The notes: generated from the letters alone by a model not told the origin. Numbered from the stretch's first letter, positions 41,575 to 52,287 are shown. The stretch is DNA of 64,000 bases from an uncultured delta proteobacterium (GCA_963711835.1 CAVQFQ010000015.1:108408-172407), one strand, 5' to 3'. Made by a program: numbers and translations.

Positions 41575-41874
41575 TTACCATTGGTGCTTTGATAGCGGGG
41601 CTCGGGTGTTCCGGCAACCCGATTCATCTTCCAACCCTTCTTCCTGGAAAGCAGAAAGGAGTTCTTCTACCAGGGTCTCGATTTTTTTGGCCGATCTGAT
41701 TTCCAACCTGAGGGCCGGCATCTCCCTGCAGATCCCCTCCTCGCTTTCCCCACAGGGCTTCTCGATGGCACCCGGCAGTATGGGAAACCGTTCCCACCCG
41801 CTTGACATAGCCACCGCGCCCAATCCAGACCATAGAAGTAATACAACAACCGGGACTATCGCCTTAATTACCAT
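41575..41874 (-). CDS. Hypothetical small protein with signal-peptide-like N-terminus
   Basis: Hydrophobic N-terminus and AAGGGA RBS-like site; no recognised family. Confidence 0.35.
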   Translation of the reverse strand: MVIKAIVPVVVLLLWSGLGAVAMSSGWERFPILPGAIEKPCGESEEGICREMPALRLEIRSAKKIETLVEELLSAFQEEGLEDESGCRNTRAPLSKHQW

Positions 41875-41981
41875 GCCATCCCTTTAATGTGTATCGATCC
41901 GATTTGATTAGGCGCAGCGCTCATTTCTTCGGTAGGGGTTTCCAATTTACTCTTTTTACGCAAAGTCCAGATAAAATTTGT

Positions 41982-42767
41982 TTACCGCCCTTTAAAAACC
42001 GGCTTTCTTTTTTCAGCGAAGGCCCTCAGGCCTTCTTTCCGGTCTTCGGAGGCATATAGGATCGAAGAGCATTGGGCCTCATAGTCCAGACCCGAGGCCA
42101 GGTCCAGTTGCAGACCGACGGTTACCGCCCTCTTAATGTATTTAAGGGCGAGCGGGGCATTCTTAATGATTTTTTTCGCCAGGTCCGTGGTCTCTTCCAT
42201 AAGCTTTTCCACCGGCACAACGTTATTCACCAACCCGATCCGGTAGGCCTCCCGGGCATCGACAAATTCGCCGCTGAAGAGCATTTCCTTGGCCCTGGTC
42301 GCCCCGATCAGGCGCGGGAGCCTCTGAGTCCCCCCGGCTGAAGGCATGGAGCCCAATTTCACCTCCGGCAGACCAAAGCGAGCCGTTTCCGAGGCGATCC
42401 TCAAGTCGCAAACCAGGGCCAGTTCGCAGCCCCCGCCCAGGGCTACACCGCTGACCGCGGCAATCACCGGCTTCTCAAACTGCTCGATGCGCGTGTAAAA
42501 TTCCTGGCTTTTTTTCTGAGCCGAGTAAAACTGGGCCTGTGTTACCTGAACCGTAGATCTTTCTTTGATATCCGCTCCGGCGCTGAAGACTTTTTCCCCT
42601 CCGGTCAGGATCACTGCCCTGATTTCATCATCTCCTTCCCAGCTTTCAAATATGGACCAGACCTCTTCCTTTAGCTGCCGGCTCAAGGCGTTCATCCGAT
42701 CAGGACGATTGAGGGTAATTATGCCGATGCCGTTTTCTTTTTCAAATAATACAGTCTCGTAGTTCAT
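41982..42767 (-). CDS. Enoyl-CoA hydratase/isomerase
   Basis: [41 protein letters not shown]. Confidence 0.93.
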   Translation of the reverse strand: MNYETVLFEKENGIGIITLNRPDRMNALSRQLKEEVWSIFESWEGDDEIRAVILTGGEKVFSAGADIKERSTVQVTQAQFYSAQKKSQEFYTRIEQFEKPVIAAVSGVALGGGCELALVCDLRIASETARFGLPEVKLGSMPSAGGTQRLPRLIGATRAKEMLFSGEFVDAREAYRIGLVNNVVPVEKLMEETTDLAKKIIKNAPLALKYIKRAVTVGLQLDLASGLDYEAQCSSILYASEDRKEGLRAFAEKRKPVFKGR

Positions 42768-42784
42768 GGGAACCTCATTCTATA

Positions 42785-42870
42785 AAGGGTCCAAGGGTTC
42801 GAGGATTCAAAGGGTTCAAGTGCCGATTATTCCGCTCGAACCCTGGACCCTTTGGGCACTTGAACCCTTT
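42785..42870. repeat. Inverted AGGGTTCA-type octamer-repeat hairpin
   Basis: Tandem octamers; 16-bp perfect IR 42809-42824/42855-42870. Confidence 0.8.
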
Positions 42871-42872
42871 AG

Positions 42873-44423
42873 TTAGTAGGTTACTGATTTCCCATACTGC
42901 TCCCGGAGCACCCTTTTGAGTATCTTGCCGGCCGGGTTTTTAGGCAGGGCCTCGATAAAGTCCACCGACTTGGGGCACTTGAACCCGGCGATGTGCCGGC
43001 GGCAGAAACCGATGATTTCCTCGGGCGAAGCCGACTCCCCGGCCTTGAGGGTTACCACCGCCTTGATGGCTTCCCCCCATTTCGGGTCAGGCACACCAAT
43101 AACGGCCGCTTCGGCAATCTTAGGATGAAGATATAGAACCTCCTCCACCTCCCGGGGAAAGACATTTTCGGCCCCGGTTATGATCATATCCTTTTTGCGG
43201 TCCACGATGTAAAGGAATCCTTCTTCATCCAAGCGGCCCAGATCCCCGGTATGCATCCAGCCACCCCGCATGGCCTCTTCCGTGGCCTCAGAATCTTTGT
43301 AATAACTTTTCATCAGGTTATTCCCACGAAAGACGACTTCCCCGATTTCTCCAGGGGCCTGGTCCTCTCCCTGCTCATTAATCACCCTCATTTCCAGGCC
43401 GATGAGCGGTTTGCCTACACAGGCCGTCTTCCGGTGGGAATCGCCGGTGGTAAGGGTGGTGATTCCTCCGGAGGCCTCGGTCATGCCGTAATTATCAAAT
43501 ATCAGGGCATTGGGGAAAATCTCCTTAAGCCTTCTCAGGGTCTCCACAGGCATGATAGCCGCACCGGACCCCAAAAGGGTAACCGAACTGGTATCATACC
43601 GGTCAACTTCAGGAACCTGAAGGATCATATTATAAACCGTGGGTGCGGCGCCCCAGCGGGTAATTTTTTCCCGCTGGATCGTTTCCAGGCAATCCTTAGG
43701 ATCGAATGTTTTTTTAAGATAGATGGTCGCACCCAGATAAAAGTTGGTGAAGACGTTCCCGATAGCCGCCACGTGATAGAGCGGAAAAACCTGTAAGACC
43801 CTATCACCGGCACGGAATGTCCCGGTATGTGCCCAGTTGATACAATTCCAAATAGTGGAATTATGGGTAAGCACCACCCCCTTGGCCCGCCCGGTCGTCC
43901 CGGCGGTATAAACAATCATGGCTTTATCGTCGCCCAGAATTTCCAATGAAGGGAATTTATCTTTTCCGTCCTGCAGGATAGCCTGAAAGCTGTCGGTTTC
44001 AGGCGAAGCCGGCTCCTCAAACATCATAAAGGACCGCACCTTGGTAAGCTGGGGCCTGATCGCTCCTACCGTCTTTTCAAAATCCTTGGAAAAGACCAGG
44101 GCTACGGTCTCGGAATGGTCCAGTATCCAGGCCATTTCCGGCGGGGCCAGCCTGCCGTTTATCGGAACCAGGATGCCGCCTATCTTGAAAATTCCGAAAA
44201 AAGCAATCAGCAGTTCATTGCAGTTTAAGGCCAGCGTTGCAATGTGATCCCCTTTTCCAAAGCCCATCCGGATCAAACTGTCGGCAAAGCAATTGCTGAG
44301 GCGATCCAATTCGCCATAGGTCACGGCAGTCCCTTCCTGAGAAACCAGGGCTGCCTGTTCCGGCATCTTATGGGCGGTCCGCCTGATCATACTGCCCAGG
44401 TTGATGGTATATAATAAGCTCAT
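42873..44423 (-). CDS. Acyl-CoA synthetase (AMP-forming)
   Basis: YTAGTTGRAKG, YGMTE, MHTGDLG, DRKKDMI, LPKNPAGKI. Confidence 0.92.
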   Translation of the reverse strand: MSLLYTINLGSMIRRTAHKMPEQAALVSQEGTAVTYGELDRLSNCFADSLIRMGFGKGDHIATLALNCNELLIAFFGIFKIGGILVPINGRLAPPEMAWILDHSETVALVFSKDFEKTVGAIRPQLTKVRSFMMFEEPASPETDSFQAILQDGKDKFPSLEILGDDKAMIVYTAGTTGRAKGVVLTHNSTIWNCINWAHTGTFRAGDRVLQVFPLYHVAAIGNVFTNFYLGATIYLKKTFDPKDCLETIQREKITRWGAAPTVYNMILQVPEVDRYDTSSVTLLGSGAAIMPVETLRRLKEIFPNALIFDNYGMTEASGGITTLTTGDSHRKTACVGKPLIGLEMRVINEQGEDQAPGEIGEVVFRGNNLMKSYYKDSEATEEAMRGGWMHTGDLGRLDEEGFLYIVDRKKDMIITGAENVFPREVEEVLYLHPKIAEAAVIGVPDPKWGEAIKAVVTLKAGESASPEEIIGFCRRHIAGFKCPKSVDFIEALPKNPAGKILKRVLREQYGKSVTY

Positions 44424-44438
44424 GGTCGGTCTCCCAGG

Positions 44439-44861
44439 CTACAGGCGGGGAAGCTGGGCTTCAAAAGTTCCCTTGAGTTTAAGCTCCCCTTTTTCATCCT
44501 TGGCCACTACCTGGCACAGGATACAACGGTCAGGTTCCCGCTTTTCAACGACCTTCCCCGTGATCGTAATCACCTCGTTGAGTCGGGTAAGCCCTAAAAA
44601 CCGGACCTTGAATCTTCTCAGATAACGATTGGGGATCCAGGCGCTGATCGCCTGGCCTGCGAATCCCATAATCAGCATCCCCTGAGCAATGACTCCCCCA
44701 AACCCGGCCTTCTGGCCGACGGCCGGGTCATAATGCAGGGGATTGAAGTCGCCCGAAGCGCCGGCGTATCGGACCAACTGTACCAGGGTGACGGGTTCTT
44801 TGACCAGAGGAGGCATCTGGTCACCGACCTTCAGATCTTCAAAAACAATCGCTTTAGCCAT
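44439..44861 (-). CDS. MaoC-like dehydratase
   Basis: YAGASGDFNPLHYD, IAQGML. Confidence 0.88.
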   Translation of the reverse strand: MAKAIVFEDLKVGDQMPPLVKEPVTLVQLVRYAGASGDFNPLHYDPAVGQKAGFGGVIAQGMLIMGFAGQAISAWIPNRYLRRFKVRFLGLTRLNEVITITGKVVEKREPDRCILCQVVAKDEKGELKLKGTFEAQLPRL

Positions 44862-45316
44862 TATCCCTCCGCCAGTTTTTCTAAAATGGTTGAACGCCCC
44901 ACCAGCACCTTCCGGCCCTTCTGATTGAAGGCCATGGTTTCCAAAACGGCCAGGTGCATTTTCCCCGCACGACCTTCCTTGACCTGGAAACCAGCCACCG
45001 TCATGGTGCATTGCAGGGTCTCTCCGGCGCAAACAGGCTCAAAATATTCATAGTCCTGTTCGGCATGAAGAACCCTGATGGGGTTGGCCCCCAACTGGTT
45101 GCAGATTTCGGAAAAGCCCAACCCTCCCCAGAGATTGATGGCCGTCCCGAAGGTAGGCGGCGCTATGATTTCAGGGTACCCTTCGGCACGGGCCTCCCCT
45201 GACTCCCGATAAATCGGATTGGGATCTCCGATAGCCTCAGCCAGTTCACGAATTTTGGCTTGCTCGACCAGATAATGAAATTCAGCCAGGCGTTTTCCTT
45301 GGATGGACTCATTCAT
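44861..45316 (-). CDS. MaoC dehydratase N-terminal-domain (hotdog) protein
   Basis: AIGDPNPIY, APPTF, LHAEQDYEY; translationally coupled to the MaoC gene. Confidence 0.85.
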   Translation of the reverse strand: MNESIQGKRLAEFHYLVEQAKIRELAEAIGDPNPIYRESGEARAEGYPEIIAPPTFGTAINLWGGLGFSEICNQLGANPIRVLHAEQDYEYFEPVCAGETLQCTMTVAGFQVKEGRAGKMHLAVLETMAFNQKGRKVLVGRSTILEKLAEG

Positions 45317-45415
45317 TTATTTTCTCCCTTAGGTTAGGAATGGTCAACTGGTCCGATTCAAATCCCCCCCACCCTTCCCCCCTCCTCAAGGTGTAAGGGA
45401 GGGGGTCTTATCTCC

Positions 45416-46084
45416 TCAGGAAAGATCAACCCATCGTATAAAATCTTCCGTCTTCCCACGTTGGCTACGGAAGAGATTGGCTGGGTGATCCGGAACGGGA
45501 TAGCCGATCCCGAGGCCCATAACCAGCACCTGATCCGAAGCTATCCCGGCGAATTGCCGCACCACGTCCGGATAACTTACCGACCGGGTCAGGATGCAGG
45601 TCCCCAGCCCCTGTTCCACAGCCAGCAGGGCGATGGTCTGCAGTATGATGCCGCCGTCCATCAGGGCGTAGGGATTGAATCCCCGGTCAAAGTGGAGGTA
45701 AATCAGACCAGGGGCCTCAAAAAAGCGGGACATGGCCAGGTTGTAGGCCTCTCTTTTCTCCCGGTCCTCACGGGCAATACCCAAGGCTTGAAAAAGACTT
45801 TTCCCCAGGCCCTTGTAGCGAACGGTCTGAATTTCGTTGAAGGTGGTTTGAAAAGGAAAATCCGGGTTTGAAGGGGTGCCTTTTTGGAGAAGCCGGACAT
45901 ACTCCTCTCTGATTTTATACAGGGTCTCCCCTCCTACGATGGTGAACTTCCAGGGCTGGGTATTTCCCCAAGAGGGCGCCCAGAGGGCCTTTTCCATGAT
46001 GTCCCTTAGGATTTTTTGGAGGACCGGCTCCGGACTGAAGGCCCGGATGCTTCTTCTGGCCAGAACAGCTTCCTTAACGTCCAT
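45416..46084 (-). CDS. Nitroreductase family protein
   Basis: RRSIRAF, APSWGNTQPW, GLGTC, IGYP. Confidence 0.9.
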   Translation of the reverse strand: MDVKEAVLARRSIRAFSPEPVLQKILRDIMEKALWAPSWGNTQPWKFTIVGGETLYKIREEYVRLLQKGTPSNPDFPFQTTFNEIQTVRYKGLGKSLFQALGIAREDREKREAYNLAMSRFFEAPGLIYLHFDRGFNPYALMDGGIILQTIALLAVEQGLGTCILTRSVSYPDVVRQFAGIASDQVLVMGLGIGYPVPDHPANLFRSQRGKTEDFIRWVDLS

Positions 46085-46106
46085 AACGTTCTCCTTTCTA
46101 AATGAC

Positions 46107-46304
46107 CGATACTGGATACTTGATGCTGGAAACTCGATACTGGATAAAAAACAACTCGCTTGGGCAATTTGGTAAGCGTCATTTCATGTATCTCGTTTAC
46201 CAGTTCTCCGGCTAACTTCCAGACCTCCAAGCTTTTATAACTCATTCACTCCTCAGTTCATCCAGTATCCAATATCAAGTATCCAGCATCGAGTATCCAG
46301 TATC
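46107..46304 (-). pseudogene. Truncated four-helix-bundle (23S rRNA IVP-like) gene inside inverted GATACTG heptamer repeats
   Basis: MSYKSLEVWKLAGELVNEIHEMTLTKLPK from ATG 46245, then runs into the repeats. Confidence 0.7.
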
Positions 46305-46310
46305 TTTGTC

Positions 46311-47471
46311 TTAAATCACCTTCTCTTCCTTTAAAGCCTTTATTTCTTCCTCCCCAATTCCCAATTCACTCAGGATCTCCCTGGTCTGGGCCCCCAGGGC
46401 CGGTGGAGATTGATCCGGCCATTCTTTTTGACCCGGGAAAAGGGCCGGGTATTTGACCTGTTTGCAAGGTTGCCCGGTTTCATCCGGGAGATCGAAGAGC
46501 AATCCCCGATGACGGATATGGGGATCCTCTTCGATGTCATCGAGCCGGTTGACCGGGGCGGCCGGAACATCTCCGGCTTCAAAAAGCGCCAGCCAATCCC
46601 TTAGATCTCTTTCAACTATAATAGGTTCGAGTATGGCCCGAATTTCGTTTCGGTGGATGAAACGCCCCCGGTCAGTCGATAACCGCGGATCCATGGCCAG
46701 ATCCCCCCGTTCCAGGGTTCCGCATAAATTCGTCCAGAATTTGTCTTCGATGATTCCCAAGGTGATAAACCTTTTATCCCGGGTTTGATAGACATCATAG
46801 GCCCCTTTGCGGATTATTTCATCATGGGTCTTTCTGCCGGTTCCCAGGCCGTAGGCCAGACGGATGGACATCATAGAGAGAGGTGCATCCATCAGGGCTA
46901 CGTCCAGATAACACCCCTTTCCGGACCGACTCTTCCCAAGGAGGGCAGCCAGGATGGCATGGCTGGCCATAATGCTCCCGCTCAGATCTGCCAGGGGTAC
47001 AGGCGGGTGATGCGGAAGCTCATCCGGATTGGCCGTGAGACCCAGGATGCCGGCAACAGCCAAATAGTTCAGGTCATGACCGCTTTTCAAACGATAAGGG
47101 CCTTCCTGGCCGTAACCGCTTAGAGAACAATAAATAAGTCCCGGATTGTGACCGCTCACGGCTTTATAGTTCAACCCTAATCGTTCCATGACACCGGGAC
47201 GAAATCCTTCCAAAAGGACATCATGAACTTCTATAAGCTTTAAAAGTATATTCCGGCCCTTGGGGTGTTTAATATTTAAGGACAGGCTTTTTTTATTCCG
47301 GTTCACCGTACCGAAGCCCCAAGGATTAATGTGCCTCATATAATCGCCGCGGCCTGGTTCTTCCACCTTCAAGACCCGGGCACCCAGGTCGGCCAGAAGC
47401 TGGGTGCAAAACGCCCCGGGAATAAGGCGCGAGAGATCCAGGACGCGGATATGGTTTAGCATTGTCTTCAT
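46311..47471 (-). CDS. CaiB/BaiF family III CoA-transferase
   Basis: RVLDLSR, LADLGA, NRNKKS, FRPGVMERLGL, GHDLNY. Confidence 0.92.
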   Translation of the reverse strand: MKTMLNHIRVLDLSRLIPGAFCTQLLADLGARVLKVEEPGRGDYMRHINPWGFGTVNRNKKSLSLNIKHPKGRNILLKLIEVHDVLLEGFRPGVMERLGLNYKAVSGHNPGLIYCSLSGYGQEGPYRLKSGHDLNYLAVAGILGLTANPDELPHHPPVPLADLSGSIMASHAILAALLGKSRSGKGCYLDVALMDAPLSMMSIRLAYGLGTGRKTHDEIIRKGAYDVYQTRDKRFITLGIIEDKFWTNLCGTLERGDLAMDPRLSTDRGRFIHRNEIRAILEPIIVERDLRDWLALFEAGDVPAAPVNRLDDIEEDPHIRHRGLLFDLPDETGQPCKQVKYPALFPGQKEWPDQSPPALGAQTREILSELGIGEEEIKALKEEKVI

Positions 47472-47649
47472 TGATAATTTCCTATTGCCTGCCCCGCCGC
47501 ACGTGGCTCAGTCAGGAAACCAGGTTTATGGTCGCTTCTGGATCCCGGCTCGCGGTCGCTACCCGCCCTTGACCGGGATGACGAATCAGGATACCTCCTC
47601 TCCCCCTAAGATGGGGGAGTCCGCCGCGGTGGAGGGGTGGGGGTGAAAA

Positions 47650-48495
47650 TTAAGGGGCTAATTTGAGTACCTTCTTGGCGTTTTCTAAAAGAATTTTTTG
47701 CCGCACCTCCGGCTTGAGCTCAAGCTGCTCAAAATCGCGCAGCCATCGCTCAGGCTTGATAAAGGGATAATCGGTCCCGAAGAGGGCCTTATTCTGGAGT
47801 CGGCTGTTGATATCCCGGGTGAGCTGGGGCGGGAAATATTTGGGAGACCAACCGGAGAGGTCCACATAGACATTGGCCTTATGGATGGCCATGGCAATGG
47901 CCATATCCGTCCAGGGCCAGGCCGGATGGGCGCAGATGATGGTCAATTCCGGAAAATCAGCCGCCACCTCATCGATCGGCAGAGGGTCCACATATTTCAG
48001 TTTGATCCCTAAGCCTCCCGGCATGCCGGCCCCGAGACCGGTTGTCCCGCAGTGAAAAAGGATCGGGATCTTCAGCTCGACGCATTTCTCCCAAAGGGGA
48101 TAGAATCGCCGGTCATTGGGGAAGAAGGCCTGGGCGGCCTGCTGAAATTTGGCCCCCCTAAGCCCTAACTCTTTGACCGCCCTTTCCAGTTCTTCAATGG
48201 CGGCCTTACCTTTCCAGGGATCCACACCGGCAAAGCCGATGAAAGTCTCGGGAAAACGACGGACCATTTCAGCCACATACTCATGAGATATGGGCTTGAG
48301 GCCGGTGACCGTTTCATCATCGGTTGGCAGGAGCACCCCCATGATACCGTGATCCTGATAGACCTTAGCCATTTCCTCTTCGCTCAAGACTTCGAGTTTG
48401 GTGTTGAAATATTTCTCCAGGGCATCTCCATAGATACCGGACTTCCTCCGCCCTTCGGCCGTAGAAAAATGGACATGAATATCTATTGCCTTCAT
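47650..48495 (-). CDS. Amidohydrolase_2 family protein (resembles beta-ketoacyl-CoA hydrolases)
   Basis: IDIHVH, FHCGTTG, CAHPAWPW, DLSGWSPKYFP, FGTDYP. Confidence 0.85.
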   Translation of the reverse strand: MKAIDIHVHFSTAEGRRKSGIYGDALEKYFNTKLEVLSEEEMAKVYQDHGIMGVLLPTDDETVTGLKPISHEYVAEMVRRFPETFIGFAGVDPWKGKAAIEELERAVKELGLRGAKFQQAAQAFFPNDRRFYPLWEKCVELKIPILFHCGTTGLGAGMPGGLGIKLKYVDPLPIDEVAADFPELTIICAHPAWPWTDMAIAMAIHKANVYVDLSGWSPKYFPPQLTRDINSRLQNKALFGTDYPFIKPERWLRDFEQLELKPEVRQKILLENAKKVLKLAP

Positions 48496-48517
48496 ATTAA
48501 TTCCTCCTTTTCATTAA

Positions 48518-48609
48518 GAGCTCAAAGTTTAAGGCTCAAAGCTCAAAGAGGGAAAATGCCTTTTGCCATTATAATCGGCATCGAGCTTTCAGCTTTGAGC
48601 TTTGAGCTT
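48518..48609. repeat. Inverted AGCTCAA heptamer-repeat hairpin overlapping the CoA-transferase stop codon
   Basis: GAGCTCA AAGTTTA AGGCTCA AAGCTCA ... GAGCTT TCAGCTT TGAGCTT TGAGCTT. Confidence 0.75.
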
Positions 48610-50388
48610 GCCCAAATAATAACGATTCGGGTCGAAAATCCTTAGTAACCGCAACTCCTGTAAATTGGGGGGTTCAATCCAGCGCAGATTCTTGGCCATT
48701 TGAAGCTCCCAACCGCATTGATCCTTGATGTGGCGAACGACGTCTTCTTTTCCCAGGCCTTGAGATCCGGGAAAGAGGCCGGTCAGGAAAAATTCCTCTT
48801 GGTCTTCCAACTTCTCAAAAACAGCCAAGTTGGAAACGAGGGTCTTAACTTTTTTCCCGGGGCTGGTGATGTAAGGCACCTTGGCCACAAAACTGTCTTT
48901 TTTCTGCAAAGCAGTGACCAGGACCTCCTGGGCCGAACTGGCGATATCATTCGCCCCCCCTGAACCGACCATAAAGAGCCCTCTTTCAGGATCCTGAGTG
49001 CTGTTGATATTGCCCACGCGGTCGATCTGGCCGGCCCCCAAAGAGCCAAGACATCGATTCCTGGCACCGCCCATGATGATGCCCATGATATGATGAACAT
49101 CGGTCAGCATCTTGCAAGAGGGGAAATTGCGGCTGTTGAAGGTAGTCGGATCCCCGGGCCGCGGGGCATAACCCAACATGCCCGCCTCGGCCATAACATC
49201 GATATCCATTCCCAGTTGCTGCAATGGATAATAAGCCAGCCAGCCGGCCAGATTGGCCATCCCGGCCCCGCAAAGGAGGGTTCGGTATTGGGAGCCTTTG
49301 ATTTTTTCCTGCAAGATCCTGGCGGCCACCACGATGGCCATTTCAATGGGAGTATAATTCGGGCTGTCGGATAACCTTTCTTTCAGGCCAAGGAATTCTA
49401 CCTCCCAGGAATTCTCATGGATTTTGCCTTTAAGATACAGCAATCGTTCATGGCCGAGACGACTCAGATAATCCTCATGGCTCCGGCAGCCCAGGACCCA
49501 ATGGTCGATCCAGGCCTGGAGGGTATCCTCTTTAAGGGCGGCCTTCTTGGCTTCGGCGATAAATTCATAATCCTCGCCGTAGCCTTCGAATTTTTCCAGT
49601 CCCTGCTGCGGGTGTTTGCTGGGGTGCCCCCCGAAAGGAACCTCCGAAAGGCTGGTCACATACTGACCGGGAAGTTTGACCAGATGGGAATGCTTACGAA
49701 TAAAATCCGTGGAGACGATCTTTTCCACCGTCACCAGTGCCCCCATTCGGCTGGCCATGGCCCCATAGACATTTTCCACATTAGGCGGCAACAAAATGGT
49801 ATTGCCGTGAGGATCGGCTACTGCCCCGTGCAAAATGGTAATATCCGGGACTAAGGCCTTCACCAGACCTACCTTTTCCTTGGGATGGAAAGGATCTTCA
49901 ATTTCCAGGAAGGCTTCATGATTCTCCCCGGCCATGGTACTGCCCTTAAGGGAGTGCGTAGGAAGAAATGGGAGCCCCATGGCTGCGGCTTTGAGCCGCA
50001 AAGACAGAGTCAGGATAGACCAGTTCTCGAATTCGACAGACCGATCGCGATAGGCCCTTTGGAAGGCCGCATTCGGTCCCGGGGTAGGATAGGAATCGCC
50101 GCAATAGCTGATGATCAGCTTTTTGACCAGCCGGCCCTGAAGGAAAACCGCTGTGGGGTGGTTCATCCCCAGGCCGATCAGGGTAAATTCCGGGGACTGG
50201 CCCCAGAAACAGCGGGCAATTTCGTAAATGATAGCCGTAGCCCAGCGCACGCTGGCCTGGCCGAAATGAATGGCCATACCGGGCTGGATATATTGGGCAA
50301 CCGCCTCTTTGAGGTCTCGAATCTTACTCGACCCCTCGCAGGGCTTCAGAGGAATCACCTGCTTCAGGATGTCGTCATATCCTTCCAC
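48589..50388 (-). CDS. Family I CoA-transferase, fused alpha+beta subunits (glutaconate CoA-transferase-like)
   Basis: RLKAAAMGLPF, ADPHGN; AEAG, GQIDRVGNINS, GSGGANDIAS; GTG start after GGAGG. Confidence 0.8.
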   Translation of the reverse strand: MEGYDDILKQVIPLKPCEGSSKIRDLKEAVAQYIQPGMAIHFGQASVRWATAIIYEIARCFWGQSPEFTLIGLGMNHPTAVFLQGRLVKKLIISYCGDSYPTPGPNAAFQRAYRDRSVEFENWSILTLSLRLKAAAMGLPFLPTHSLKGSTMAGENHEAFLEIEDPFHPKEKVGLVKALVPDITILHGAVADPHGNTILLPPNVENVYGAMASRMGALVTVEKIVSTDFIRKHSHLVKLPGQYVTSLSEVPFGGHPSKHPQQGLEKFEGYGEDYEFIAEAKKAALKEDTLQAWIDHWVLGCRSHEDYLSRLGHERLLYLKGKIHENSWEVEFLGLKERLSDSPNYTPIEMAIVVAARILQEKIKGSQYRTLLCGAGMANLAGWLAYYPLQQLGMDIDVMAEAGMLGYAPRPGDPTTFNSRNFPSCKMLTDVHHIMGIIMGGARNRCLGSLGAGQIDRVGNINSTQDPERGLFMVGSGGANDIASSAQEVLVTALQKKDSFVAKVPYITSPGKKVKTLVSNLAVFEKLEDQEEFFLTGLFPGSQGLGKEDVVRHIKDQCGWELQMAKNLRWIEPPNLQELRLLRIFDPNRYYLGKLKAQS

Positions 50389-50407
50389 AACCACCTCCCG
50401 AGGAGGA

Positions 50408-50541
50408 AACTCGAAATTCGAATATCGAAATCCGAAACAAACACCAATGACCAAAGCCAAAATTACAAAATTAGAATGGTTTTGATCATTTGTTCATTCG
50501 AATTTTAGATTTGTTTCGAATTTCGGATTTCGTGCTTGAAA
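50408..50541. repeat. Inverted TCGAAAT-type heptamer-repeat element
   Basis: AAACTCG AAATTCG AATATCG AAATCCG AAACAAA ... TTTGTTT CGAATTT CGGATTT CGTGCTT. Confidence 0.75.
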
Positions 50542-50583
50542 TGCTCAATGATAAAGCCTGCGTTCAACCAACTGGGAAATCCT

Positions 50584-51717
50584 TCAATCTCTGATGAATA
50601 TATGCACCGAACAGACCCCGGCTTCCAATTCCGGTATGGCACCGCCCAGGGTATGCGTCAGACCAATCCGGGCCTGGGCCACCTGCCGTTTACCGGCCTG
50701 GCCCCTAAGCTGCTCAACCACCTCAACCGCCTGGGCAATGCCGGTAGCGCCTAAGGGATGCCCCTTGGAAAGCAAGCCGCCGCTGGGATTCACAGCGATA
50801 GAACCGGTGATCTCAGTCTTACCCTCTTGGATCATCCGGCCCCCTTCCCCTCTTTCACAGAAACCCAGATTTTCACAATGAAGGATTTCAGCAATCGAGA
50901 AGGCATCGTGGCACTCGCAGACATTCACATCCTTAGGTCCAATCCCGGCCATGTCATAAGCCACCTTGGCCGTTTCCCGGGTCAAGGGAGAGGAAAGGAT
51001 ATCCTCACCGCTTTTCACGAACCTGCCGGAGCGGACCGCTGATCCCGCCGCCCGAATGAAGGGTTTGGAGAATTTTTTGGCCTCCTCATAAGAGGCCAGG
51101 ATGGCAGCAGCCGCTCCATCGCCGGCAGGACAGCACTGCAAAAGTGTCAGCGGGTCGGCTACGAGGCGAGAGTTCAGCACCTGCTCCAGGGTCACTTCCT
51201 CCTGATACTGAGCCAGGGGGTTCAGGGAGGCATTGCGATGGCTCTTGACCGAAACCATGGCCATCTGCTCTACGGTGGTTCCATATTCAAACATGTGCCG
51301 CTGGGCCTTCATGGCGTAATGCCCGGGCAGGGTGCGCCCCTGAAGACCATCCAGATCTTCCGGGTTGGCCGGCAGCAATCCGCCACCCATTTTCTCCATC
51401 CCCACCGCCAGGGCCAGATCATAAAGCCCGCTGGCAATGGCCAGATAGGCCTGGCGAAAGGCGGTCGATCCGCCGGCGCAGGCATTTTCGACATTAATTA
51501 CTTCAAGACCTACTATTCCGGCCTGTTTCAAAGCCCTTTGCCCGGCCACCCGGCCCTGGTGGGAATGGCCGCAGTAGACCACCCCCAGCCGTTGGGGATC
51601 AAGACCGGCATCCTGCAAGGCTGCCTGAATGGCCTGTCGCCCCAGTTCCTCGACCCACAGATCGGGATACTTTCCGAATCGGACCATGCCGACGCCAATC
51701 ACATAAACATTCCTCAT
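50584..51717 (-). CDS. SCP2-type thiolase family protein
   Basis: NVENACAGGS, CCPAGDGAAA, ECHDAF, NPSGGLLSKGHPLGATG. Confidence 0.9.
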   Translation of the reverse strand: MRNVYVIGVGMVRFGKYPDLWVEELGRQAIQAALQDAGLDPQRLGVVYCGHSHQGRVAGQRALKQAGIVGLEVINVENACAGGSTAFRQAYLAIASGLYDLALAVGMEKMGGGLLPANPEDLDGLQGRTLPGHYAMKAQRHMFEYGTTVEQMAMVSVKSHRNASLNPLAQYQEEVTLEQVLNSRLVADPLTLLQCCPAGDGAAAAILASYEEAKKFSKPFIRAAGSAVRSGRFVKSGEDILSSPLTRETAKVAYDMAGIGPKDVNVCECHDAFSIAEILHCENLGFCERGEGGRMIQEGKTEITGSIAVNPSGGLLSKGHPLGATGIAQAVEVVEQLRGQAGKRQVAQARIGLTHTLGGAIPELEAGVCSVHIFIRD

Positions 51718-51730
51718 AAGCAATACCTCT

Positions 51731-51841
51731 AAATTTGAAATTCGAAGCACGAATTTCGAAACAAGTACAAATTATCAAATCAAGGAGATTTCGAATTTCG
51801 ATTTTTTTTAGTCCGTATCAAGTATCCAGCATCCAGTATCC
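51731..51841. repeat. Composite heptamer-repeat spacer (TCGAAAT and CAGTATC types)
   Basis: AAATTTG AAATTCG AAGCACG AATTTCG ... AAGTATC CAGCATC CAGTATC. Confidence 0.7.
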
Positions 51842-51849
51842 GTTTTTCT

Positions 51850-52287
51850 TCAAACCCCCTCGACCGGTCTAAAAAGATATGAAATAATCTCATTCCCTTC
51901 CTTATCTTTGGCGATGGGCCCGAAAGTAAGTTCTACTGAACCCTCTATCCTGATCTGGTCAGGATTATTTTCGGTCAACCGAGTAAACAGGCGCACACCT
52001 TCGGGAAGGTCTACCAGGGCGGTAGTATAAGGAGCTTGAAAACCGGGCGGTGCTTGACGAACGATTGTATAGGTGTACACCCTGCCTTGCGGATTCAGGG
52101 TAATCCCCTCCATACTTCCCTTATCCCGACACTCCGGACACTGGAGCCGTTTGGGGAAAAAACTTTGCCCGCAATGTTGGCAGCGGCTGCCGATCAGACG
52201 GGCGCTGCCGTCTTCCGGTAAGGGCCAAGGGAATAGGCCTTCCTTTATTGGGACTTTACCTTTAACCACATTCTCTTCTTTATTCAT
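51850..52287 (-). CDS. Zn-ribbon/OB-fold protein (DUF35), thiolase partner
   Basis: CQHCG...FPKR...CPEC, GRVYTYT, VDLPEGVR. Confidence 0.9.
   Translation of the reverse strand: MNKEENVVKGKVPIKEGLFPWPLPEDGSARLIGSRCQHCGQSFFPKRLQCPECRDKGSMEGITLNPQGRVYTYTIVRQAPPGFQAPYTTALVDLPEGVRLFTRLTENNPDQIRIEGSVELTFGPIAKDKEGNEIISYLFRPVEGV

Noticed and set aside
46006-46245. 79-aa ORF as an intact gene
   Set aside because: Only the first ~29 aa look protein-like; the rest is translated heptamer repeat (YPVSSFQHQVSSI) overlapping the nitroreductase gene.
50389-50460. N-terminal extensions of ORF calls (CoA-transferase, thiolase, livF, ACS, second livH, DUF362)
   Set aside because: The extensions are translated repeat or MITE sequence; downstream starts fit the family N-termini better, several with a clear RBS.
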